Source: a virus
Direction: 5' to 3' (one strand)
Virus record (IMG/VR): IMGVR_UViG_3300020733_000013
Location: 11,891-75,890 of that record
DNA: 64,000 nt
A program made the position numbers and the translations under genes. Positions 1-9,007 of the stretch are shown in pieces; the first letter of the stretch is position 1, and the number at the start of each line of letters is the position of its first letter. The notes beneath the pieces are model-generated. The model made no database searches, had not been told where the DNA came from, and saw nothing but the letters and a program-made list of their open reading frames with translations.

Positions 1-2
1 CC

Positions 3-1100
3 CCCGGTGAGTTGCTAGTTGCACAAGAAATCAATGGTGTGCTTACTTGGGTCAATGGTGGTAGCACGACAGGTGTTCCAATTGATTTAGGCAATGCATC
101 TAACGTTAAACTTGAAGGTGGGTTCAACGGTGCAGTACTACAATCAGACGGCATGGGTAATCTATCATGGGTTACTAATGGTGCTGTGCAATATGCAATC
201 GCAGGTATCACAAGTGCTGATACAGGCGTATTAACAACTACAACAACAAACTATATTCCAACTGGTGCTGCTGTAACAATTACAGGAATTACTGATTCAG
301 GTGGCGCATCGTTCCAAACAGGTGGTGCCGGTGGTACTAACATGTATTATGTTAAACGTAATAATGATGGTTCATTGAGTTTGTATGAGGATAGCGGCTT
401 GTCCTCACCAGTTGCAACTAACGGCTTCTTGTCTTATGTTGCTACTACTGGTACAATCACTGCAATGGTACAAGCATCAGGTGCAGCAAGTGCAGGCGGC
501 TCAAATACACAGATTCAATTTAATGATGGTGGTAGTACATTAAACGGAACAGGTAACTTAACATATAACAAAACAACAAACGTACTTACAATGTCAGGTA
601 ATATTGTTGTTGGAAATGTTGTTGGTAACAGTTATGGTTACTTCAATGGTCCAATAGGAAACACAACTCCTAATACAGGTAAGTTCACTAGCACTTTTGT
701 TGGTAACACAACTGCCAACGTTTTAGTAACAGGTGGCAATGTTTCTGCAACTGCTAATATCACAGCAGATATTATTCATGCCACACACAATGGTTCAGGA
801 ACTAACTTCCAAGTTGGTGATGATGCTTGGATTGGTGATATCAATACTACAAATACACTAGTCATCAAGGGTCAGCAAGACCCTACAACGGGCTATGTTG
901 TATTTGGTAACGCAGATACAACTAGCACATTAGGTCGTAGTGGTTCAGGTGCATTGACATACAACGGTGATTTTACTGCTAACGGTAACGTAACTGCCGG
1001 CAACATCCACTTAGGTACTTGGTCAATCTTTGCAAATACTAACGGTATCTATGCAAACAACGGAACACATACGTTCAGCATTGGTTTGACCCAAATCTGA
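3..1100 (+). CDS. Virion fibre/structural protein, 5' truncated by window edge
   Basis: Frame is open from position 3 (PGELLVAQE...). G/T/N-rich; motifs LQSDGMGNLSW and GGSNTQIQFNDGG are shared with other fibre genes in the window. Confidence 0.7.
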   Translation, partial: PGELLVAQEINGVLTWVNGGSTTGVPIDLGNASNVKLEGGFNGAVLQSDGMGNLSWVTNGAVQYAIAGITSADTGVLTTTTTNYIPTGAAVTITGITDSGGASFQTGGAGGTNMYYVKRNNDGSLSLYEDSGLSSPVATNGFLSYVATTGTITAMVQASGAASAGGSNTQIQFNDGGSTLNGTGNLTYNKTTNVLTMSGNIVVGNVVGNSYGYFNGPIGNTTPNTGKFTSTFVGNTTANVLVTGGNVSATANITADIIHATHNGSGTNFQVGDDAWIGDINTTNTLVIKGQQDPTTGYVVFGNADTTSTLGRSGSGALTYNGDFTANGNVTAGNIHLGTWSIFANTNGIYANNGTHTFSIGLTQI

Positions 1101-1106
1101 TAAATA
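1101..1106 (+). promoter_or_regulatory. T4-like late promoter core TAAATA (representative of ~23 sites, listed in findings)
   Basis: GATAAATA just after a stop codon, upstream of a structural gene; resembles the T4 late promoter TATAAATA. Confidence 0.7.
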
Positions 1107-1111
1107 CTTAA

Positions 1112-1176
1112 TACGCTCTTAATTCTGAGAGTTTATGCAGTACCCACTGCGTAGCGGCTAGAACCCGCTATTTTTT
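1112..1176 (+). promoter_or_regulatory. Structured 5' leader / small RNA candidate (three tandem hairpins plus T6)
   Basis: Stems GCTCTT/GAGAGT, TATGCAGT/ACTGCGTA, TAGCGG/CCGCTA followed by TTTTTT. Confidence 0.5.
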
Positions 1177-1190
1177 ATAAGGAAAAACAA

Positions 1191-2417
1191 ATGGGACGTC
1201 CTCTAAACAAAAAGTGGTTCGGTAACGAAAACGTTAACGACTCAGGTGAAACACAAAGTAATTTAACTCCTGCATCTGGTGTACAGATTGAAGGTGAAGG
1301 TGTTGCTAGTGTTACAATTAATACTGCTGGTTCATATTCTGCAGGTTTGCCATCAGTAACATTCAGCGCACCTAACTTAGCTGGTGCCGGTGGTGTTACC
1401 GCTACTGGTGTAACACATGGTAAGGCATTATCAGCAGCTACTACTGCTAATGGTTCAGGATACAACTTTGGTGATGTATTGACTGTAGTAGGTGGAACTT
1501 CTACTACAGCAGCTACATTTACAGTTGCTTCAACATTGGTAGTATCAGCAGTTAAAAGTGCTGGCGGTACAGGTTATGCTGACGGTGACTTGTTAACATT
1601 CAGTACAGGTTTCTCACCATCATTAATCTTGCGTGTCAATCGTCCAGGTGGCGGTACAGGTTCACCGGACAATTTTACAATTACTCAAGCTGGTCGCCGT
1701 ACTAGTGCTAACCCAACTAACCCTGTGACTTATGATAGTCGCACAGGTTCAGGGTCAGGATGTACAGTTACTTTAGGTTTTGGTGTTTATAGTTTCAGTA
1801 CTGTAGTACAAGAAGGTGATTATACTGCAATGCCAAGTAACCCTGTTAGCTTTACAGGTGGTAGTGGTACAGGAGCAGCAGCAACAGTACCGTTTGGTGT
1901 AAAAAGTGTTTATGTTACTGATCCAGGTTCTGGATACACAACAGTTGCAGATGCAGCAATTACATTCAGTGCAGGCGCCGCAGCAGCTACACCAGTATTG
2001 ACAGTTGCAAGTGACACACCTTACAGTGCAGAAGCATTCCCAAGCATTATTGCTTATGGTGTTGCTACACTAGGTGGTACAAATCAGTATGCTGATATTA
2101 TCAAACAAGAAAACACAACTCGTTACAAAATCAGAACAGGTGATGGCGTAGGTTATTGCAACTTGAAAACAACTGGCGTTGCAAGCGCAGTTGGTGAAAT
2201 GACTATCAAAGCAACTGACAGTGCAGGTAAAACATACTATGTCAAGAAATTGACAGCACGTAGAGTAACATTAGTTCCATACGGTTCAAGTGGTTGGTTA
2301 TTCCCATCTACTACAGAATCAGATGGAACAGTTGTTTATCAATCTGCTCACTGGACAATGACAACTAGTGATCCTACATATAACAGTTCAACAACTGTTA
2401 TTATCGAAAACGCTTAA
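1191..2417 (+). CDS. Virion structural protein (G/T/S-rich, repeated GSGY motifs)
   Basis: 408 aa, SD AAGGA; repeated (G)GSGYxxGD / DPGSGYT motifs typical of myovirus tail/baseplate-associated proteins. Confidence 0.6.
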   Translation: MGRPLNKKWFGNENVNDSGETQSNLTPASGVQIEGEGVASVTINTAGSYSAGLPSVTFSAPNLAGAGGVTATGVTHGKALSAATTANGSGYNFGDVLTVVGGTSTTAATFTVASTLVVSAVKSAGGTGYADGDLLTFSTGFSPSLILRVNRPGGGTGSPDNFTITQAGRRTSANPTNPVTYDSRTGSGSGCTVTLGFGVYSFSTVVQEGDYTAMPSNPVSFTGGSGTGAAATVPFGVKSVYVTDPGSGYTTVADAAITFSAGAAAATPVLTVASDTPYSAEAFPSIIAYGVATLGGTNQYADIIKQENTTRYKIRTGDGVGYCNLKTTGVASAVGEMTIKATDSAGKTYYVKKLTARRVTLVPYGSSGWLFPSTTESDGTVVYQSAHWTMTTSDPTYNSSTTVIIENA

Positions 2418-2432
2418 TCTTTTAAGCACAAC

Positions 2433-2460
2433 AAAAAAGCCGCTTTATGCGGCTTTTTTT
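2433..2460. terminator. Bidirectional intrinsic terminator
   Basis: A6-GCCGC-TTTAT-GCGGC-T7 between convergent genes. Confidence 0.85.
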
Positions 2461-2864
2461 ACCAACTCATTTAATTTATCTTGTACAATGTCAAAGTTGA
2501 TTGTATTGAATAGTCCAGGATGCATTGGCTTAGGATAATGTTTAATATCTATCCAGCAGTATCCACAGTGTTCGTCATTGAGTGAGGGTAAAAATTCATC
2601 CTCTACTTTACAAAAGAATGTATGATATACAAAACTATGATTGACGAATTTTTGAATAGGGATTAATTTAGGATTATTAGGGAAATAACTAAGTTCTTCA
2701 CGGCATTCACGTTCAATGCCTTCAAATAGTGATTCACCCTTTTCTACTTTGCCACCAGGAATTCCCCAGTTTCCTGGGTTCTTGTCATCGTTGCGTAGTA
2801 GATATAAGAATCTGTTAGTAGAACTAGAGTAAAAGAATACTCCAGCTGCGGTATTTTCATTCAT
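2445..2864 (-). CDS. Nudix hydrolase
   Basis: Nudix box GGKVEKGESLFEGIERECREEL. Start moved to ATG 2864 (MNENTAAG) to avoid overlap with the upstream gene. Confidence 0.85.
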   Translation of the reverse strand: MNENTAAGVFFYSSSTNRFLYLLRNDDKNPGNWGIPGGKVEKGESLFEGIERECREELSYFPNNPKLIPIQKFVNHSFVYHTFFCKVEDEFLPSLNDEHCGYCWIDIKHYPKPMHPGLFNTINFDIVQDKLNELVKKAA

Positions 2865-2881
2865 ACTATGATTTATCACAG

Positions 2882-4255
2882 TTAGATGACGATAGAATAA
2901 TCTCCCTGATCGTAATAACCTTCGTATGCTTTCATCCATTCACCTTCAGCAAAACGATATTGAACACCTGATGTTAAGTTAGTAACATATTCAACAGGTC
3001 CATATGCAGTGCTATCAAATGCAACATGCCAATTTGTTCCGTCAAATTGAATAATGTCGTTTGCATTTGCGTATAAGTTACCCCATGCTGTACTAACTGA
3101 TGAATGAGTTGGATCGCCAATCGCTTCAACTATCAAATAACGTTGACCATTTGCTGCGTTGGGTAATCCTATGCCCGGACCTTTGACCATTGGATTAATG
3201 ATACTATCAACTGCTGGTAGTGTATTCTGTGGTAGTGTATCGCCATCAATATTGAATATCAATAATCTATCATCATTTGGATTAAATGCAATAGTGCCTA
3301 CAATTTCAGTATCCATGTAAGGATTCTGTAACCAAATCTGACTGATACCAGGCTTGACCGTTCCATATACATTTAACACACTAGTCCAATATGGTCCGGT
3401 CGTATCTGGATTAGGTGGTAAATCTAATGACGCAGCACCACTACTTAAATTCTCATTAGCTGGTAATATTTGTAAACTGTTACCTATCAACAACAGTTTG
3501 TATCCGTATGGTGTGATCTTCTGTCTTGTTCCGATCAATAAATGGTCGTCTTTCATGTCACTAATTGCATTACCTTGGAAGATACTTGCAATGATTTTGT
3601 GAATAACACCTAACTTCTTAACTTTAATACTAGAACTTAGCCAGATAGGCATTTGAAACTTCCAACTCATAATATCAATAGGATTACCTGAACCCATTGG
3701 AACTGTCCTACTACTGAATGTTAGTCCATCTTGGTAAACAACACTTAAACTTGTCCAATCAATGAAGTTATCAGTACTTTGTATTTCCATTGCAGGATTA
3801 AACAATACACCCAATTGTTCAATCAGTTCAAGTTTTTGATTGTAGTTTGTTGTCCAAAAATCTACATTGATTCTTAATGTGTAGGGCACTGGCATGATAC
3901 GTTCTACTGTAAATGCCTGACCCTGTGTTGTTTCATAACTTTGTGTATCAACATTAAATGTACGTTGACGCACAGCTACCTTATCTAAGAAGTATGGATC
4001 TTGTGTACGTTTTTGATCGTATTCTAATCCGGTGATATAGTATGTAATTAATGGTGCGCTTGGCAAACTGCTTGCACTATTGTCAGCAATTACTGAACTT
4101 GCCATCCTGCTTGAGTCACCATATTGAATAGGTACACGAACAATGATATCGTTTCCCGCAGGATCTTTTCCTTTAGTAACATTCCAATCACTGAAAATAC
4201 GTGCGAACTGTACTAAGAATCTGCGTATCTGCTGGTCGTAAAAATATTTTGCCAT
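2882..4255 (-). CDS. Tail sheath stabiliser / tail completion protein (T4 gp15-like) with C-terminal extension
   Basis: YFYDQQIRRFLVQF...VPIQYG...MPVPY...QKLELIEQL..LFNP pattern of gp15-like proteins; structural context. Confidence 0.7.
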   Translation of the reverse strand: MAKYFYDQQIRRFLVQFARIFSDWNVTKGKDPAGNDIIVRVPIQYGDSSRMASSVIADNSASSLPSAPLITYYITGLEYDQKRTQDPYFLDKVAVRQRTFNVDTQSYETTQGQAFTVERIMPVPYTLRINVDFWTTNYNQKLELIEQLGVLFNPAMEIQSTDNFIDWTSLSVVYQDGLTFSSRTVPMGSGNPIDIMSWKFQMPIWLSSSIKVKKLGVIHKIIASIFQGNAISDMKDDHLLIGTRQKITPYGYKLLLIGNSLQILPANENLSSGAASLDLPPNPDTTGPYWTSVLNVYGTVKPGISQIWLQNPYMDTEIVGTIAFNPNDDRLLIFNIDGDTLPQNTLPAVDSIINPMVKGPGIGLPNAANGQRYLIVEAIGDPTHSSVSTAWGNLYANANDIIQFDGTNWHVAFDSTAYGPVEYVTNLTSGVQYRFAEGEWMKAYEGYYDQGDYSIVI

Positions 4256-4256
4256 G

Positions 4257-6143
4257 TTAATCCGTTACTATTTTGAATACTTCTGAGAGTGACTGTTGTT
4301 CTGGTACACTTGTACCATTTGTCAATACAGTCACGTTGCTGTTGTTAATGAATGAACCCAATTGAGATTGTGATTGGTTCGTTCCTGGTGTTGCTCTGAT
4401 GTTTTCACTAATTCTTACCCATAGTGTTCCATCATAACGATATAGTAAATTAGGTAGATAATCAGTGCGTAAGAAATAATCACCTATGTTTGCACTACTT
4501 GGGAATGCAATACCTGATTTAACTGGTAATCCGTTTGGTGAAGTACCATCACCTGACAAGTATGCACCTAAATAACCAAATCCTTGTGGAGTTACACGTA
4601 AGATAAAGTTAAATCGTGGGTCACAGTCTGCTCTAAAGTCCATTACACTTGATACAGTACCGGTAAACTCGCCACTGATTGTGATAGTTGTACCTTGCGG
4701 GATAGCAACAGTGATAGGAGTGTCAACTGCAATATGATTGTTTACTAAGTCAACGTCAATAACTCTAGTAGGACTTACGAAAGGATTAACAGTTGCTCCT
4801 GCACTACTTACAACATTTGCACTAACTTCACAACCAACCATGATTTGGTCACTGATATCGCTTAAACCAATAATCACTGAACCTAAATCAGATCCACTTG
4901 CATGGAATTCTTGTGTAGGCATTTGATCGGCTGTACTGAATGTGTTATCACTAGTACCATATGGTCCAGTAATATCACCCACTGCTTTTGCTGTTAATAC
5001 TAAATTGCCATCAACTTGACCCGAAGTACCACTACGTTCTGGTGCAAGTTTTGCTGTCTCTAAGTTTAGACTAATAAACTTACGTAATGCGTCAAAATCA
5101 TCACCACCTAGTGTTTCTAAATCTTTTAATGCAGCAGCACCAATGCGTAATACTGGACTAGGATTTCTATATCCAGGTGTACTAATCATTTGCAAAGTAG
5201 GTCTAGTTGGGATAGGTACACCCGAGTTCGCTATAATGTTGACAGGTAATGCAGGTTGGCTATTTGCTGTAGGTACAACATATAATTGACTACGGTCATA
5301 TCCTGTCTTAGGTAATAGTCTTGCTGCTTCTGCAATAGCTGCATCATTGATTGCAATGTTTTTATTATAGCGACCTAGTACATCACGTAGATTATCACTT
5401 GTACTTACATCCCAATATGTTGTGTCAGTTGGTGCAACACCTGCAGGAACTGGTCCTGGTTGTTTTGGTGTATAAGTTTTGTCTCCGTAAGTCACTGTAT
5501 ATCCTGGTACATAAACTGCTGTGTTTTTCCAATCACCTAAGTAATTGTCTTGATTCATTGGCTGACTTAATATATTGCTAAATTCTTGACTGTCAACTAA
5601 TGGTTCACATTTAATACGCCATAAGTGCGGGAACCATGTTTGACTGAATCCTTCACTTGCAAAATTAGCATCAGTGATTTGATAATATCTACGCAATCCA
5701 ATTGGAATTTGATCGTTCAATGGATGATAGTCAGTTAAGTGTGGTAATTCAAATACATCACCAACCATTAATTTACGTCCTATCACATCAATCATGTCGT
5801 TGTAATGTACTGTGACAAAAATAATATCGTTTGTTAAAAATAATCCAAACTGACTTAAATCAAAATCTAAATTTTGTACGTTGTAATGTCCACGCAATCT
5901 ATAAATTGATGTGTCATATTTACGGTCACGATTTTCCAAGAACAATAAATCCTGAATTTTTGTAGGATCAGGTGTTGTTTGTTGGGGCTGTGTCAAATCT
6001 GCACTAGCACCCTGATCTGTGATGCCCAGATATTTGTGAACATACATATCCGTTGCACCCACAGTAAACATTTCCTTGATACTTCTATCTAGGAATCTAT
6101 AATCGTTTGATTTATCTGAGCGATAAAGGCTGAGTCTGGGCAT
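4257..6143 (-). CDS. Neck protein (T4 gp14-like) with inserted domains
   Basis: N-terminal LSQFGL...GDVFELPHL...YYQIT region resembles gp14; adjacent to the gp15-like gene; late box at 6164-6169 on the minus strand. Confidence 0.55.
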   Translation of the reverse strand: MPRLSLYRSDKSNDYRFLDRSIKEMFTVGATDMYVHKYLGITDQGASADLTQPQQTTPDPTKIQDLLFLENRDRKYDTSIYRLRGHYNVQNLDFDLSQFGLFLTNDIIFVTVHYNDMIDVIGRKLMVGDVFELPHLTDYHPLNDQIPIGLRRYYQITDANFASEGFSQTWFPHLWRIKCEPLVDSQEFSNILSQPMNQDNYLGDWKNTAVYVPGYTVTYGDKTYTPKQPGPVPAGVAPTDTTYWDVSTSDNLRDVLGRYNKNIAINDAAIAEAARLLPKTGYDRSQLYVVPTANSQPALPVNIIANSGVPIPTRPTLQMISTPGYRNPSPVLRIGAAALKDLETLGGDDFDALRKFISLNLETAKLAPERSGTSGQVDGNLVLTAKAVGDITGPYGTSDNTFSTADQMPTQEFHASGSDLGSVIIGLSDISDQIMVGCEVSANVVSSAGATVNPFVSPTRVIDVDLVNNHIAVDTPITVAIPQGTTITISGEFTGTVSSVMDFRADCDPRFNFILRVTPQGFGYLGAYLSGDGTSPNGLPVKSGIAFPSSANIGDYFLRTDYLPNLLYRYDGTLWVRISENIRATPGTNQSQSQLGSFINNSNVTVLTNGTSVPEQQSLSEVFKIVTD

Positions 6144-6184
6144 ATCGTTATCCGTTTATCTACTATTTAGTGCAAAAGTATTAC

Positions 6185-6213
6185 TTGACAGTAAATGGAT
6201 TCTCATATATAAT
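6185..6213 (+). promoter_or_regulatory. Sigma70-type early promoter
   Basis: Perfect TTGACA-N17-TATAAT. Confidence 0.9.
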
Positions 6214-6238
6214 TGATACATTGTTAACAGGAGCACAC

Positions 6239-7402
6239 ATGGCAACTCGCAAGCCGAAACTTACAGGCGATCACTTTGTTAAAGCACTGAATCCAAAACA
6301 TGCTGATACAAAATATACAGGGGACGAACCTTTCTTCCCCATCCAACCACAGAGTGAAGACCGTACTATTGCACTTACCCGTGCTTTCACATGGTATCAT
6401 CACTTCTATGCTAAAAAAGACGCAAAAGAACTGTTGTGTCAGTATTTAGAACTACATGACCGAACTGTTGGAGCAAAACAAATACGTAAGGTTCACGAAA
6501 GTGAATTTATTATGACATTGTGCTGGCTTGCACGTATGAGTTTGCGTGGGCTTGAGTTGAGTGAGCATGAAGAATTAACACTTGAAAACGAAATTTCACG
6601 ATTGACTAAGTTGGTCAACAAGCCTGAGGTCATTGAAAAAGAGGACATGGTTGTAGTGTCCAATCGCCCTAATGTGCAAGAAATTATGCGAGAAAAAGCA
6701 CGAGAGGCAGCAGGTGAACTTGAAGGCATGTTTGACGAGTTTTACATTGACGGCAAGACCTCAATGAAAACAGTTGATGTTGTTGCAAAATACAATGTCA
6801 TGTCACAGCATATTCCAATTATCTTAGAAATCTGGAAAGCAAAAAAGGAAGAGTTTGAAATGTTGTCTGAAACTGACGACCGTGAACTCAAAGAATCCTA
6901 TGGTAATCTAGGTAAAATTCAGTTGCGTAACATTCTTAAATTCATTGAGAATGTCATTGGTGATTTGAACAGTTATATCTCAATTAAGAAAGCAAGCAAG
7001 GCTCCGCGCAAACGCAAAGCAGTTCCTGTTGAGAAGATTGTTGCTAAACTCAAATACTTAAAGGAATTCAAAGATGCAGTCAATAAACTTGACCTCGTAT
7101 CAGTACACCCTACTAAATTACACGGAGCTAGTGAAGCATGGGTTTACGACACAGCAAAGCGTAAACTTCACCACTATATCGCCGATGAATATTCAAAGAG
7201 TTTCACGGTCAAAGGCAACGCTTTACTTGGTTTTGACACAAATATTTCCGAAATCAAAACTCTTAGAAAGCCCGGTGAGCAAATTAAAGAAATCATGGGT
7301 TCTAAACCTGCCGCAAGAAAGTATTTCAAAGACATTAAAGCAGTCAGTGCGACTCCTAATGGCCGATTCAACGAGAATATGCTAATCCTGCGATGCTTTT
7401 GA
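6239..7402 (+). CDS. Hypothetical early protein (basic, helical)
   Basis: SD AGGAG before ATG 6239, downstream of the sigma70 promoter. The ORF-track start 6170 lies upstream of the promoter. Confidence 0.75.
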   Translation: MATRKPKLTGDHFVKALNPKHADTKYTGDEPFFPIQPQSEDRTIALTRAFTWYHHFYAKKDAKELLCQYLELHDRTVGAKQIRKVHESEFIMTLCWLARMSLRGLELSEHEELTLENEISRLTKLVNKPEVIEKEDMVVVSNRPNVQEIMREKAREAAGELEGMFDEFYIDGKTSMKTVDVVAKYNVMSQHIPIILEIWKAKKEEFEMLSETDDRELKESYGNLGKIQLRNILKFIENVIGDLNSYISIKKASKAPRKRKAVPVEKIVAKLKYLKEFKDAVNKLDLVSVHPTKLHGASEAWVYDTAKRKLHHYIADEYSKSFTVKGNALLGFDTNISEIKTLRKPGEQIKEIMGSKPAARKYFKDIKAVSATPNGRFNENMLILRCF

Positions 7403-7418
7403 TTGACAAGGTGTAATA

Positions 7419-7628
7419 ATGAACGAAGCTGAAAACACTTTTAGGACACTAAAGGAAGAACCACTACTTATTAAAAGTGTGTGGTGCTACTTAGGTTTAC
7501 ATAGGTGGACTCAGTGGAGTAAGCCCATGAATCGTATTGAGGGCGCATACAATGTTGACTTGCAAACTAGGACCTGTAGTTGTTGCAATCAGTATAGTGT
7601 TAAAGTTTTGAGAAAGACATATAGATGA
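7419..7628 (+). CDS. Small hypothetical protein, possible Zn-binding (C...H...CxxC)
   Basis: WCYLGLHRW...RTCSCC; ATGA coupling to the next gene. Confidence 0.65.
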   Translation: MNEAENTFRTLKEEPLLIKSVWCYLGLHRWTQWSKPMNRIEGAYNVDLQTRTCSCCNQYSVKVLRKTYR

Positions 7629-7861
7629 ACGAACGAATTAAACAACTTGCTGAAAAGGCTAGAGAACAGGCTGAACTATTCAATAGTGTGAGAAATAAAC
7701 TCACTGCCGAAGAGTGGGAAGAAATTTACAACGAAAAGTTCGCCGAGTTGATTGTGAAAGAATGTGCCGAACTTACTTTGGATTATAAGAACGACCAGTA
7801 TTATCAAGGTTGGTTGGATTATAGGGACGAGATTAAACAACATTTCGGAGTTGAAGAATGA
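7625..7861 (+). CDS. Small paralogous protein, HFGVEE family (copy 1)
   Basis: MNERIKQLAE...EKFAELIVKECA...IKQHFGVEE. Confidence 0.8.
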   Translation: MNERIKQLAEKAREQAELFNSVRNKLTAEEWEEIYNEKFAELIVKECAELTLDYKNDQYYQGWLDYRDEIKQHFGVEE

Positions 7862-8124
7862 ACGATGTTAACAAATTTCGACAACTTGCTGAACAGGACA
7901 AACCTTACCTGGACAAAGAGTTCAAAGAACTTGTTGAAAAAGTAGGTTTAATAGCTCCAGCTGATTTTGCAGGTGACGGTCATTATTATACAGGTGACGG
8001 TACACGAATTTATCTTGACCGTCGTTTGCAAATGTTTGCTAAAGAGTTGGTAGAACAAACTCGCCAGCAAACTGCTAAAGAATCTGTTAAACAGATTAAA
8101 CAACATTTCGGAGTTGAAGAATGA
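7858..8124 (+). CDS. Small paralogous protein, HFGVEE family (copy 2)
   Basis: MNDVNKFRQLAEQ...FAKELV...IKQHFGVEE. Confidence 0.8.
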   Translation: MNDVNKFRQLAEQDKPYLDKEFKELVEKVGLIAPADFAGDGHYYTGDGTRIYLDRRLQMFAKELVEQTRQQTAKESVKQIKQHFGVEE

Positions 8125-8324
8125 ACAACCGAATTCGAGAATTGCTGACTGAGACCAAACCTTACGGTGTTGGCATTGGGTTGATTTGTATGAATGAAAT
8201 TGAAAAGTTCGCTGAGTTATTGATTCGTGAATGTGCTGAGGTTGCCGATAATGCTGATGCCACTAGAGAAAAATGGCAAAGTATTGGCAAATTTGTAAAA
8301 GAACATTTTGGAGTTGAAGAATGA
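8121..8324 (+). CDS. Small paralogous protein, HFGVEE family (copy 3)
   Basis: MNNRIRELL...EKFAELLIRECA...KEHFGVEE. Confidence 0.8.
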   Translation: MNNRIRELLTETKPYGVGIGLICMNEIEKFAELLIRECAEVADNADATREKWQSIGKFVKEHFGVEE

Positions 8325-8536
8325 TTGATCCTAGATCACAGGAAGAAAAATTAGCAAGAATGGATGAGTTGATGAAGCCAATTGAGCAACAACTTATGAT
8401 GTGTGATGACTATAAAGACCAGTTAATGATGGCTAGTTCTATGATGGTCACTGCTTGCGATTTATTTACTCAACATATGGGTACAGAAGGTGCGAAAGAA
8501 ATGTTTACAATTTTTATGGAGAGAAATTTCAAATGA
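8321..8536 (+). CDS. Hypothetical protein (Met-rich)
   Basis: ATGA-coupled to both neighbours. Confidence 0.7.
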   Translation: MIDPRSQEEKLARMDELMKPIEQQLMMCDDYKDQLMMASSMMVTACDLFTQHMGTEGAKEMFTIFMERNFK

Positions 8537-8970
8537 CAAATCAAGTTGATTTAACAAAATATCAGGGGTTCGTTGAGGCAGTTACTAGTCAGGCTAGTAA
8601 TGACTTAACAACATTTATGAATCGCTTAGATTACCTAGATGGTAACTATGTTGAAAACGAGGGTCATGGACCTGATATCAATGTCCCGTTGCTTATCACT
8701 GCATGTATGGGTCTTGCCGCAGAAAGTGGCGAGTTCATTGAAGTGCCCAAGAAAATCATTTTTCAGGGTAAACCACTGACTGAGGCCGAAGTCTTCCATA
8801 TGATTAGGGAGTTAGGAGATGTGATGTGGTATTGGATTAATGCTTGTCGGGCTCTTAACGTAGATCCAAATGATGTTATTCAAGAAAATATCAAAAAACT
8901 TGAAGCTAGATATCCAGGCGGTTCATTTGACGCTACTTACTCGGAAAATCGCAAAGAGGGTGATATTTAA
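8533..8970 (+). CDS. MazG-like NTP pyrophosphohydrolase
   Basis: GLAAESGEFIE...RELGDVMWY...NIKKLEARYP; start at the ATGA overlap 8533. Confidence 0.85.
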   Translation: MTNQVDLTKYQGFVEAVTSQASNDLTTFMNRLDYLDGNYVENEGHGPDINVPLLITACMGLAAESGEFIEVPKKIIFQGKPLTEAEVFHMIRELGDVMWYWINACRALNVDPNDVIQENIKKLEARYPGGSFDATYSENRKEGDI

Positions 8971-8973
8971 TTA

Positions 8974-8995
8974 AAACGGGCCACAGTGCCCGTTT
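8974..8995 (+). terminator. Hairpin/terminator after the MazG-like gene
   Basis: AAACGGGC-CACAGT-GCCCGTTT. Confidence 0.65.
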
Positions 8996-9007
8996 ATTAT
9001 TAGTTTA

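Larger units (their letters stand above)
7830..8324 (+). repeat. Direct repeat at gene junctions (34 nt identical x2, partial third copy)
   Basis: AGATTAAACAACATTTCGGAGTTGAAGAATGAAC at 7830-7863 and 8093-8126; AACATTTTGGAGTTGAAGAATGA at 8302-8324. Confidence 0.9.

Noticed and set aside
7403-7420. Sigma70 promoter TTGACA...TAATAAT
   Set aside because: Spacer of only ~6 nt is incompatible with -35/-10 geometry.
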